Source of the DNA: a virus
Direction: 5' to 3' (one strand)
UHGV virus genome: UHGV-0385297
Length of the DNA stretch: 64,000 nt
This document shows positions 55,541 through 64,000 of the stretch, one piece after another; the first letter of the stretch is position 1; the number at the start of each line of letters is the position of its first letter. The notes beneath the pieces were generated by a model. That model was not told the DNA's origin, did not search any database, and saw only the letters and a program-made list of their open reading frames with translations. Made by a program: the position numbers and the translations under genes.

Positions 55541-55672
55541 ATGGGAATCACATGTAAATCAATCGGTAAGATGGGAAGTATTATGGCAAAGCTGAATAAT
55601 GAGCTTGCTAAGGAAAAGGCTGCAGCTAAGAAGGAAACAAAGAAAAACGACAAGAAGAAGGAGAATAAATAA
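55541..55672 (+). CDS. small lysine-rich protein
   Basis: 43 aa MGITCKSIGKMGSIMAKLNNELAKEKAAAKKETKKNDKKKENK; RBS AGAGGAAATTAAG. Confidence 0.35.
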   Translation: MGITCKSIGKMGSIMAKLNNELAKEKAAAKKETKKNDKKKENK

Positions 55673-55986
55673 TGGAAGAGTTATTAGCAAAGTTATTAGA
55701 AAATCCTGATGTGCTGTTAGAAGCAGCAAAAATGTATGTCGAGAAGTATAAACCAGTGGCTTATGGTGTCGCACAGGAAGTTGTCAATGTATATAAAGAT
55801 TATTCCGAGAATAAGGAATATTTCGCAGTTGTAGCAAAGGCTAAGAAGAATATGTATGACGCATATATGGAAGCCGGTTTTAACGAAGATCAGTCATTAG
55901 CTCTTATGATTAATGATAATCTGAAGTTGATGGACAATGTTAAGAGAATTGGCAATAAGAGTAGTTCTGTAAAGAAGGAGAAGTAA
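55672..55986 (+). CDS. hypothetical protein
   Basis: 104-aa ORF; junction GGAGAATAAATAATGG. Confidence 0.5.
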   Translation: MEELLAKLLENPDVLLEAAKMYVEKYKPVAYGVAQEVVNVYKDYSENKEYFAVVAKAKKNMYDAYMEAGFNEDQSLALMINDNLKLMDNVKRIGNKSSSVKKEK

Positions 55987-56160
55987 ATGAATCCAATTAT
56001 GTTTCCTTTAGTTATTATGGCAGCAATCATATTATGGTTTCTGTTGGCAGCAATTTTTAAACCTGTAGGTGCAATTTTAGAACTTCTTTGGAACGATGTT
56101 AAAAAAGCACTTAAAGGTAATGAAAAAGAAAAGAAAGAGGAGAATAAAGAGAATGAGTAA
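55987..56160 (+). CDS. small membrane protein
   Basis: 57 aa MNPIMFPLVIMAAIILWFLLAAIFKPVGAILELLW + K/E-rich tail; TAAATGA overlap. Confidence 0.45.
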   Translation: MNPIMFPLVIMAAIILWFLLAAIFKPVGAILELLWNDVKKALKGNEKEKKEENKENE

Positions 56161-57079
56161 AGGTTTAATTGGTGGAGTAGGTTTAGCAGTATTAATTGCT
56201 GGTGGTCTGTTTGTAGGAATTAAGTGTACAGAGAAAATTCCAGCTGGATATGTGGGAATCGTATACAACAGCATGAACGGCGGGGTTGATGGAGAAGTTA
56301 TCACACAGGGATGGCATTTTGTGGCTCCAACAAAAAAAGTAACTACATATTCTATTGGTATTGAACAGTCTTATCTTACATCAGAAGAAAAAGGGGATTC
56401 CCCAGCAGACGAAAGTTTTTCCACTCCAACATCTGATGGTAAGTCGTTAAAAGTTGATCTTGAATTTTCATATAAGTTTGATCAGACAAAGATTGCAGAT
56501 ACATTTATTATGTTTAAAGGACAGCCTGGAAAGTCTATTAAAGATACATTTATTAAACCAAAGATGAGAGCATGGATACAGGAAGTAACTGCTAAGTATC
56601 CTGTAACTGATGTATTCGGTGATAAACGTCAGGAACTGAACGAAGCACTTGATGTATATTTAAAGCAGAAATTTGAGCCTTATGGAATTGTCATTGACAC
56701 AGTAAACTTTACCAATATTTCCACAGATTCTGAAACATCTGCTGCAATTCAGAAGAAAGTAACTGCACAGCAGGAATTAGAACTCGCTAATATTGAGGCA
56801 AAGACAGCAAAGGTACAGGCCGATAAGGATAAGGAAGTTGCTCTTATTGCAGCAGAACAGGAAAAAGAAAAGGCTTCTATTGTTGCAGAACAGAAAAAGA
56901 TTCAGGCAGAAGGTGAAGCCGAAGCGACAAGAATTAAATCTGAAGCAGAAGCAGCTGCTAATGCTAAGATTGCGGCATCTCTTACTCCTGAACTGATTGA
57001 AAAACAGAAGATTGAGAAATGGAAAGGTGAAGTCCCACAGGTTCAGGGTAATGCTACTCCAATCGTAAATATGCAGTAG
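56153..57079 (+). CDS. SPFH / band-7 (stomatin-prohibitin-HflK/C) domain protein
   Basis: N-terminal TM helix GLIGGVGLAVLIAGGLFVGI, then IPAGYVGIVYNSMNGGVDGEVITQGWHFVAPTKKV (SPFH core) and long A/E/K-rich coiled coil; ATG 56153 after AAGAAAGAGGAG RBS. Confidence 0.7.
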   Translation: MSKGLIGGVGLAVLIAGGLFVGIKCTEKIPAGYVGIVYNSMNGGVDGEVITQGWHFVAPTKKVTTYSIGIEQSYLTSEEKGDSPADESFSTPTSDGKSLKVDLEFSYKFDQTKIADTFIMFKGQPGKSIKDTFIKPKMRAWIQEVTAKYPVTDVFGDKRQELNEALDVYLKQKFEPYGIVIDTVNFTNISTDSETSAAIQKKVTAQQELELANIEAKTAKVQADKDKEVALIAAEQEKEKASIVAEQKKIQAEGEAEATRIKSEAEAAANAKIAASLTPELIEKQKIEKWKGEVPQVQGNATPIVNMQ

Positions 57080-57086
57080 TAGTGAG

Positions 57087-57296
57087 GTGTTGACATTGTT
57101 ATTTGGTTTAGGTGCAATTATTGTATTTTGTATTGGTGTCGCAATAGCTCTTATAGTTTTATTTGGAGTTTTCTATTTGGCACTACGAATTTCTACATAT
57201 ATTGGAAAAGTTTATTATTTGTTTTCTCAAAAAGAGAATAAATTAAATGACCTTTATGATGAATTGTTTAATTCTTCATATCCAAAAAGATACTAA
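57087..57296 (+). CDS. small membrane protein
   Basis: 69 aa, MLTLLFGLGAIIVFCIGVAIALIVLFGVFYLAL. Confidence 0.5.
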   Translation: MLTLLFGLGAIIVFCIGVAIALIVLFGVFYLALRISTYIGKVYYLFSQKENKLNDLYDELFNSSYPKRY

Positions 57297-57411
57297 ATTA
57301 AAGAAAGCGGCATTTCTTCAAGAGAGAGTTTAAATAGTAAAAATAATTGAAACGAATCTTAGTTTAGATAAGACTGGTACAATACGAGATCATCAGTCTA
57401 GGATTATAGAA

Positions 57412-57624
57412 GTGCAAGATTGGGATATATATTGTAAAGCATATGAAAAATACAATGGCGAGTATTTAGAATTTCTTTCAGAAACTATGCCAGGTGCTAC
57501 ATTGATGTCAAATTGTAAAGTAACAGAGCTTGTATATGATGATATTCATTTAAGCTGTATTATCGAAAAAGGAATATTTAAAACAAAGCGCTTGGCATAT
57601 AGAGTTTTCTCATTCGAAGCATAA
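57412..57624 (+). CDS. hypothetical protein
   Basis: 70-aa ORF. Confidence 0.4.
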   Translation: MQDWDIYCKAYEKYNGEYLEFLSETMPGATLMSNCKVTELVYDDIHLSCIIEKGIFKTKRLAYRVFSFEA

Positions 57625-57851
57625 ATTTTTCAATCTTTAGATCAAATCGGATCAATAAATTCCAATAAAAATCAAAACTGAATAGCGAATAAATATATGG
57701 GTGGCACAGCATACCCTTGGGTTCTTATACTCAAAAACCACTGTTTAACATAGATGTTTATCTTATAGATTTACCTTCTGTGTTCCGCCTGAGAAGGCGT
57801 TTAGATAAATTGGTTATTAATAAAAATTATTATATTAGGAGGATTCATTTT

Positions 57852-59069
57852 ATGAATTTCGAAATGACAGGAAAACTGAGTATTTCTAAGGAGACAGAGA
57901 AGTTTCATCCATGGAGCGAAAAAACATATCCGTCTGGTTGGGTTCGCAGACAGCTTATGTTTAATGTAACTTGTGGTGATAATCGTCACATGCTTACTGT
58001 AACCGCCGGTGCTTTTGAAGATGGACACGGTGATGTGTTTAGTTTTACTAAGGGCAGTGTAGATGAGAACGGTAAGAAAGTAAAAGGTGAATCAATCAGA
58101 ATCCCATTTAAGGAAAGACTTACTTCTCCGAAACTTGCTGAGATTGCAGAATTCAAAAAGTTTATTGTAGATCTGGAATTACCTGGTAGAAGATATAAGC
58201 TTCAGAACATGGTAGATGGTATCCGTGAGGGCAAGGAAGTTACCGATGAACAGCTTAAAGAAGTTGGTCTCACTTCTAAAGAAGAAGCGGATGAAGCTTT
58301 AAAGAAGAGTATTAAGAAGAGACATGAGTTTATCTCTGAATGGGATTTTGCAGAATTCATCAAAAAAGTAATTGACAGTGGTAAGTATACAGATAAGAAG
58401 TTCTTTATTCGTGGCAATGGTGAATATCAGTATTCTGATTCTAAACAGCAGGTCTATGAGTCTTATATCCCAAATCGTATTTATTTAGCAGCAGATGATG
58501 CAGAAGAGTCTTCAACAGCAACATTCAATATTATCTATGGTGCAGATGCTCTTGATGAGATGAGCGTTGAAGAAAAGGGCAAGTATTATGTGAGTGGTTT
58601 CATGATGGAGTATGAGAACAACCGTAAAGCGAATATCCCAGTGCCAGTTACAATTACTATTCCTGTTGATCCAAATGCTGATGACAAGGGTAAGAGAAGA
58701 ATTGAGTCTCTTAAGCACAAATTCATGGTAGATGACGATACATATAAGGAGTACGGAGTGATCGTCAATATGCTGAACGGTGCTCAGAAGGTAGAGATTA
58801 CAGAGGACATGCTGACTGAGGATCAGCGAGAAGACTTAGATTGCGGACTGATTACTATGGATGATATTCGAGCTGAATTAGGCGGAAGTGTATATGGTGA
58901 CAGAGTTAAAGAATATCAGTTCTTAAAACCAGCCAGAGGGTTTACCAAAGGGCGTCAGGATACAATCTATACTTCTGATGATATGGTAATTAAGCCAATT
59001 GAAACAGAATCTTCTGATGATGAGAACTTATTTGAAGAAGAAAGTGCAACTGATGATGATGAGCTGTAA
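57852..59069 (+). CDS. single-stranded DNA-binding protein, phage gp2.5-like (DUF2815-type), with acidic C-terminal tail
   Basis: ATG 57852 after ATTAGGAGG RBS; C-terminal ETESSDDENLFEEESATDDDEL tail typical of SSBs; adjacent to a Sak4-like ATPase; family call from overall organisation only. Confidence 0.5.
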   Translation: MNFEMTGKLSISKETEKFHPWSEKTYPSGWVRRQLMFNVTCGDNRHMLTVTAGAFEDGHGDVFSFTKGSVDENGKKVKGESIRIPFKERLTSPKLAEIAEFKKFIVDLELPGRRYKLQNMVDGIREGKEVTDEQLKEVGLTSKEEADEALKKSIKKRHEFISEWDFAEFIKKVIDSGKYTDKKFFIRGNGEYQYSDSKQQVYESYIPNRIYLAADDAEESSTATFNIIYGADALDEMSVEEKGKYYVSGFMMEYENNRKANIPVPVTITIPVDPNADDKGKRRIESLKHKFMVDDDTYKEYGVIVNMLNGAQKVEITEDMLTEDQREDLDCGLITMDDIRAELGGSVYGDRVKEYQFLKPARGFTKGRQDTIYTSDDMVIKPIETESSDDENLFEEESATDDDEL

Positions 59070-59135
59070 GAGACTGGGCTTAAGCCCTTTCTCTTATAAA
59101 ACAAAATAAATACGAATTTAAAGGAGAATATACAT

Positions 59136-60293
59136 ATGGCATTTGGAAAGAGAAGTAAGATCAGTGACAACTTATACGATTATTCTATCATGATTTGTGG
59201 TGAATCTGGTGTTGGTAAGACAACCGTAATCAGTGAACTTTGTGAAAAAGAATTTGGTCCTGATGGATATTTATTACTGAATACAGGCGATGAAGAAGGT
59301 GTTTCTGCTATTGATGGTGTTACATACGAAGATGTCCCAACATATAAGAAGTTCGTTGAGATTTGCAATGACATTGTAAAAAATAAAAACACCGAATATC
59401 CAGATTTAAGAGTAGTTATTGTAGATACACTTGATCAGCTCATTGCTTGTACGGAAACTCAAGCGATTGCAGATTGGAACAAAGAAAATCTTGGCAATAA
59501 GAATTTTAAACCCGCAAAGACTTTAAATAGTGTTCAGGGTGGATTTGGCGCAGGCTATGATGTCGTATTTGATATGATTTATGACAAAGTAAGGGCATTA
59601 GGTAAGGTTGGTGTGAAAGTTTGGTACACCTGTCACTCAAAAACAAAAGACATTATTGATCCTGTAACAAGCGCAGCATATACAACACTGACATCTAATA
59701 TGGCTCAGAGATATTTCAACGATTTTAAGACAAAAGTTCATGTTGTTGGTGTTGCTTGTGTAGACAGATCTATTGAGGCTGAAGGTACTGGCAGAACAAA
59801 TATCATTAACCACAAAGAAATTACTGTAAATAAGGTAAAAGACGAGAAGAGAAAGATTGTATTTAGAGACGATTCATATAGTGTAGATAGTAAGTCCAGA
59901 TTTGCTGGCATTGTTAATGAAATTCCTCTTGATGCAGATGCTCTTCGTACAGCATTAAAAGATGCCATTAAGAATTCTAAGAAAAATGAATTCACATCTA
60001 AAAATTCTAAGCCATCCGCTCCAGTAAAAGAAACTCCAACGGCAATTTCAGAACCAGATTATATGGACGAAGAACTTCCATTCGATGAGGAAGAGAAGGA
60101 AGATATTGACGATACTGTAGACGAAACAAGAGATTATCCAGAAGACCTTGCAGATACAATTCGTACTATGTTTAAGGAATGTACTGATAAGGACGTAAAG
60201 GCTGACGTTAAGAAAGTAATTACTGAGTACGGCAAGTTAAATGACGTAGACGAAGAAGGGCTTAAGAAAATTTATGACATGATGAAAGGATGA
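59136..60293 (+). CDS. AAA_24 / Sak4-like RecA-fold ATPase (phage recombination protein)
   Basis: Walker A MICGESGVGKTT, Walker B VVIVDTLDQL; acidic C-terminal region. Confidence 0.55.
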   Translation: MAFGKRSKISDNLYDYSIMICGESGVGKTTVISELCEKEFGPDGYLLLNTGDEEGVSAIDGVTYEDVPTYKKFVEICNDIVKNKNTEYPDLRVVIVDTLDQLIACTETQAIADWNKENLGNKNFKPAKTLNSVQGGFGAGYDVVFDMIYDKVRALGKVGVKVWYTCHSKTKDIIDPVTSAAYTTLTSNMAQRYFNDFKTKVHVVGVACVDRSIEAEGTGRTNIINHKEITVNKVKDEKRKIVFRDDSYSVDSKSRFAGIVNEIPLDADALRTALKDAIKNSKKNEFTSKNSKPSAPVKETPTAISEPDYMDEELPFDEEEKEDIDDTVDETRDYPEDLADTIRTMFKECTDKDVKADVKKVITEYGKLNDVDEEGLKKIYDMMKG

Positions 60294-60790
60294 TCATCTT
60301 GCTAGTCAAGTGCAGAGCTTGTGGGCAAAAGATTGACAGGAATGATGCATTCAAAGTGGTAGTGGGCGGTAAAAACGCCTACTACTGCAATGAAGAAGAA
60401 TACCTGGCTATTTTGAAAGAACGTGAAAACAAGAAAATGATGTATGACCTGATTAATCAGATTTTTGGTTATACGATTGTAAATACAGCATTATACAAAG
60501 AAATTAATCCATTAGTAGAGACATATGGCTACACAATGATTTCTTCATATCTAAAAGAAACTTTCGATTATCTTTATGATGTAATCCATCGCCTTACCAG
60601 TAAAGAATATGGAAAAATCAGATATTTCTCAACTATTCTGCGTAATAAACTTCATGACTATTCAGAGAATATTGTAGTGGAAGAACCTAAGAAGCTCGTA
60701 GAAGTATCTGTTGATATAGAAGAAGTTCGTTACAGAAGAAAGAAGAAAAAACGTAGCCTGGAACAGATAGAACAGGAAATTGGAGACTAA
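60290..60790 (+). CDS. hypothetical protein with N-terminal CxxC
   Basis: 166-aa ORF, ATGA overlap. Confidence 0.5.
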   Translation: MIILLVKCRACGQKIDRNDAFKVVVGGKNAYYCNEEEYLAILKERENKKMMYDLINQIFGYTIVNTALYKEINPLVETYGYTMISSYLKETFDYLYDVIHRLTSKEYGKIRYFSTILRNKLHDYSENIVVEEPKKLVEVSVDIEEVRYRRKKKKRSLEQIEQEIGD

Positions 60791-62342
60791 TATGGCTGAG
60801 TTTATTACAGGTGTAAAAGAAAAATATCCAGCGGCACTTCTAAAAGGAAGAATTGAGGCAGAAGGCAATGTTATCAGTTGTTTCTTCAAAGATATGCTGC
60901 TTTTGGATGATACGACCTTCGAACAAAAGGATTTTATCACAGCAGACGGACTTTTCTATTTTTCTATGCTCAAAAATCTGCGTAAAAAGGGCTTTTATTC
61001 TCTGGATGAAATCACGATTTTATCCAATATGAATGAGGACGTTATTGGGCGTTATGAGGACTGTGGAGGCTGGGAAGCCATTCAACACCAAATAGATATC
61101 ATAAATGTCCAAAATTTCGATACATACATAGATATCCTCTATAGAGAGAATATACTCCTACATATGCATGATGATGGATTTAATCTTCTCAAAGAGATCA
61201 TGGTAAATGGCAAGCCGGTGGTGCCGCTAAAATTGTTTCGGAAGATGACAGCAGAAGAGGTAACGGACTGGTACGATGCAAGAATTAATTCTTACGGCAC
61301 AGGATATTCCAGCAAGATTCTTGAAGAAGAAGAAATCGACTTTGATGACGAGTTTATTGAGTCATGTGCAGAAGGTGAGGAGAATGGTGTCCCATTTGAT
61401 ATTGCTGGCTATGATGTGAATGGTGAAGAGATCAACTGTTTCCCGTTTTTGTCTGGGCAGACAATGGGGCTGTTGGAAGGTACATTTAGTATGATGGGGG
61501 GATATAGTAGCTGTGGAAAGAGTAGCTGGTATGTCACAATCATTATGGCACTTCTTCATTATGATAGAAAAATTTTAATCATCTCTAATGAGGAAAATGT
61601 AAAAAAATTTAAAATCAAATTCATGGTTTGGCTCCTTGGAAAACATAATAGATATTTTAAGCTTACTAAAAAGAAAATGACTGCTGGAAATATTTCGAAA
61701 GAAGATCGAGAGCAGCTTTCCTCTGTTCAAAAGTTTTGGCGAGAAAATTATAAAGGTAAAGTTAAATTTATCGCAATTGATGATGCGAATATGAGTGTCG
61801 TAAAAAAGAAGATTAGAGAAAATGTTCTTAGGTATGGTTATGATACTGTACTATATGATACTTTTAAAATGCAAGAAGCAGACATGTCAAATGCAAGACA
61901 AGACTTAGCTTTAATTCGGGACAGTAGAGATTTACATAAATTGGCAAAGAAATATAATTTGATTATGCTTGCATCCGTGCAACTTTCTGAATCTACTAGA
62001 GGGCAATTATTTCTTTCATCTATGAACACTTCGAACTCCCGTCAATTAAAAGAAATTTTGGAGAATTATTTCTTGATGAGAAATATGTATCCAGAAGAAT
62101 TCGATGAAAAAAGTAAATATTATTGCCGTCCATTTAGACTAAAGAAGATTAATGATAAGTGGATTGAAGAAGAATATAAAGTTGATCCAAATGGAGTATA
62201 CAGATGTCTTTTTGTTGAGAAAGCACGAAACGGTGCAAACTCTCAGGATAACGGAAAAGCATATATTTTAAAATATGACGGTGATCACTCTATTTTTAGA
62301 GAAATTGCGCAATGTTATCCAAAACATGGAGAAATAAGATAA
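60780..62342 (+). CDS. DnaB-family replicative DNA helicase
   Basis: Walker A MMGGYSSCGKSS, H1a SNEE, Walker B KFIAIDD, H3-like LASVQLSESTRGQ; N-terminal helical domain; 520 aa. Confidence 0.7.
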   Translation: METNMAEFITGVKEKYPAALLKGRIEAEGNVISCFFKDMLLLDDTTFEQKDFITADGLFYFSMLKNLRKKGFYSLDEITILSNMNEDVIGRYEDCGGWEAIQHQIDIINVQNFDTYIDILYRENILLHMHDDGFNLLKEIMVNGKPVVPLKLFRKMTAEEVTDWYDARINSYGTGYSSKILEEEEIDFDDEFIESCAEGEENGVPFDIAGYDVNGEEINCFPFLSGQTMGLLEGTFSMMGGYSSCGKSSWYVTIIMALLHYDRKILIISNEENVKKFKIKFMVWLLGKHNRYFKLTKKKMTAGNISKEDREQLSSVQKFWRENYKGKVKFIAIDDANMSVVKKKIRENVLRYGYDTVLYDTFKMQEADMSNARQDLALIRDSRDLHKLAKKYNLIMLASVQLSESTRGQLFLSSMNTSNSRQLKEILENYFLMRNMYPEEFDEKSKYYCRPFRLKKINDKWIEEEYKVDPNGVYRCLFVEKARNGANSQDNGKAYILKYDGDHSIFREIAQCYPKHGEIR

Positions 62343-63247
62343 TGGGAGCAAGAATAGATGAAACAAAATTAATCGGAGAGGTTTATGATCGATTAAAAAT
62401 TGTAAAAACATATCGCGAAGGAAAACATATTATGTGTGATTGTGACTGTGCATGTGGCGGTCACAAATCTCATATAAGATATTCATCTTTAAAAGATGGA
62501 TCTACAAGGTCATGTGGATGCCTTCAAAAAGAAATTGTAAAAGATTTGATGACAAAATATGATTTAGATAATTTGATTGGCGAAGAATATGGAGACTTAA
62601 CAATTATAGATGCTTGTAGAAAGACAAATAAATCATTAATTTATTGTAACTGTCTTTGCAAATGCGGAAAAATTGCAAAAAACATCCAATATAGTGCATT
62701 GAAAAACGGGACAACTAAATCATGTGGATGCCTTCATGATAGATTATCAGCAGAACGTCTGTCAAAACAGCGAAAAAAGTATAACAAGTATCAAATAGGG
62801 AATGGGTATATGATAGGTATTTGTTATGATAATTCAAAATTCATTTTTGATACTGAGGATTATGACAAAGTAAAAGAATATTGTTGGAGAAAAGACACTA
62901 ACGGGTATGTAGTAGCCTATGATCCATATACTAGAAAAACTGTTTGGCTTCATAGAGTAGTGATGAATTGTCCAGATGGGTACGAAGTAGATCATATCCA
63001 TCATGTAGTTGATGATAATAGAAAATCTGAACTTCGAATTTGTAAATTACAGGAAAATGCATTAAATAAAACGACTCCTTCTCATAATACATCTGGTCAT
63101 AAGAATGTTCAGAAAAAGGGAGATAAATGGTATGTTGTTATTAAGAAAAAATATATTGGTCGCTTTGAGTCATTTGAAGAAGCTTGTAGGATAGAAGAAG
63201 AAACTGAAAAACAAATGTACGGTGAATATAGCGTATATAGTAATTAG
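62342..63247 (+). CDS. HNH homing endonuclease with AP2-like domain (paralog of 10109-10858)
   Basis: VDHIHHVVDDNRKSELRICKLQENALNK; AP2-like SGHKNVQKKGDKWYVVIKKKYIGRFESFEEA; repeated N-terminal CxC/SCGC modules; ATG 62342 overlaps helicase stop. Confidence 0.75.
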   Translation: MGARIDETKLIGEVYDRLKIVKTYREGKHIMCDCDCACGGHKSHIRYSSLKDGSTRSCGCLQKEIVKDLMTKYDLDNLIGEEYGDLTIIDACRKTNKSLIYCNCLCKCGKIAKNIQYSALKNGTTKSCGCLHDRLSAERLSKQRKKYNKYQIGNGYMIGICYDNSKFIFDTEDYDKVKEYCWRKDTNGYVVAYDPYTRKTVWLHRVVMNCPDGYEVDHIHHVVDDNRKSELRICKLQENALNKTTPSHNTSGHKNVQKKGDKWYVVIKKKYIGRFESFEEACRIEEETEKQMYGEYSVYSN

Positions 63248-63275
63248 AAATAAAATAACAACTTGGTGGTGATAT

Positions 63276-64000
63276 ATGTTAGAAGATATTAAAAAAGAAC
63301 TGTTAAAAGATCCAGAAAAAATAAAGGACGTTTTAGAGCATTATGGATACTGTAACATAGTAATAAGACCTACATATATGCAATTCGGAAGAGATGAACA
63401 GTCTTCTAAAAAGAGTATTACTATAAAGCTGGAAAACAATAACTGGCTTTATGTTCATGATTATGCCAGAAATATTCAGGCGGATATCTTCTCATATATC
63501 ACCACTCAACGTCATGTAGAATTTGTCGATGTACTAAACGAAGTAAAGAAAGTTCTTAATATCACCGATTACTCAGATTATTTTGATAGAAGAGGAATTT
63601 TTGGCGGATTTTATGAGAAGATACGAAAACGAATTATAAGTAAATCAAAGATATACGATGAAGCAGTTTTAAATTCTTTTGCTTTTAATGGCAATCTAAG
63701 ATTTCTAAAAGATCATATTTCACTATCAACCCAACGATATTTTGGCATTAGATACGATATTGAATCACAAGGAATTGTTATTCCAATAAGAAATGAATAT
63801 GGTGAATTGATTGGAGCAAAAGAGCGCTTTAATTATGATATTCCAGATGGTGAGATGAAGTATTTTTATTCTTATCCTGGTAGATGCAGCACCACTTTAT
63901 TTGGATATGCGCAAAATTATCCGTATCTTGTAGGGAATACGATTCTTATAGGAGAGGCAGAGAAGTTTGTTCTTCAATGTCATTCATACGGTTATAGGAA
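63276..64000 (+). CDS. DNA primase (TOPRIM, DnaG-like), 3'-truncated by window end
   Basis: ATG 63276; ...TILIGEAEKFVLQCHSYGY resembles the TOPRIM acidic motif; position next to the helicase. Confidence 0.5.
   Translation, partial: MLEDIKKELLKDPEKIKDVLEHYGYCNIVIRPTYMQFGRDEQSSKKSITIKLENNNWLYVHDYARNIQADIFSYITTQRHVEFVDVLNEVKKVLNITDYSDYFDRRGIFGGFYEKIRKRIISKSKIYDEAVLNSFAFNGNLRFLKDHISLSTQRYFGIRYDIESQGIVIPIRNEYGELIGAKERFNYDIPDGEMKYFYSYPGRCSTTLFGYAQNYPYLVGNTILIGEAEKFVLQCHSYGYR

Noticed and set aside
56793-56996. Alternate-frame R/K/Q-rich ORF (56793-56996) inside the SPFH gene; similar internal or overlapping ORFs at 52100-52285, 19479-19682, 39535-39741, 37194-37409, 33774-33980
   Set aside because: They are embedded in the coding frame of longer genes with recognisable domains or stronger coding signal, with no RBS. 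They are by-products of repetitive GAA/AAG-rich sequence.
1-64000. CRISPR arrays, rRNA genes, transposases/IS elements, terminase, portal, capsid, tail or lysis genes
   Set aside because: There are no evenly spaced direct repeats with unique spacers, no rRNA-like conserved stretches, no DDE/transposase or structural-protein motifs (terminase Walker A plus nuclease, etc.). None was detected by eye, so they are presumably outside this window.

Overview
This window reads as the replication and auxiliary region of a large, AT-rich, probably temperate tailed phage. About 130 tightly packed genes sit on the + strand, many with overlapping or coupled starts, and no recognisable virion-structural genes appear. 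The only clear minus-strand gene is an XRE-type repressor. Recognisable modules, in order: a long early block of small acidic or Zn-ribbon ORFs of unknown function; a DnaN-like sliding clamp; an HNH-AP2 homing endonuclease inserted next to a duplicated 3' gene remnant; an orphan Dcm cytosine-5 methyltransferase; a HicAB toxin-antitoxin pair behind a consensus sigma-A promoter; a lysogeny module (tyrosine integrase convergent with an XRE repressor, and a MazF/EndoA-like toxin in the cro position behind a consensus promoter with repeated operator half-sites); an HNH protein next to a tRNA-Met(CAT); a 752-aa fusion of an ECF-like sigma-70 domain with a DUF262/ParB-like domain; a cluster containing a vWA protein and a short PurA-family (adenylosuccinate-synthetase-like, possibly PurZ-type) enzyme; a PP-loop/PAPS-reductase-like enzyme behind a structured leader; an RNA-repair cassette (Rnl2-like ligase, a second KxDG ligase, P-loop kinase fused to an HD phosphohydrolase) flanked by an HNH gene and tRNA/tRNA-like loci (one clean tRNA-Gln(TTG) and two aberrant tRNA-like elements); a Lar-like zinc-finger protein; a metallophosphoesterase; an SPFH/band-7 protein with small membrane proteins; a recombination module (gp2.5-like SSB with acidic tail, AAA_24/Sak4-like ATPase); and a DnaB-like helicase and a TOPRIM primase separated by a second HNH-AP2 endonuclease. 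Everything was done by eye from motifs and ORF structure; no database search was possible.
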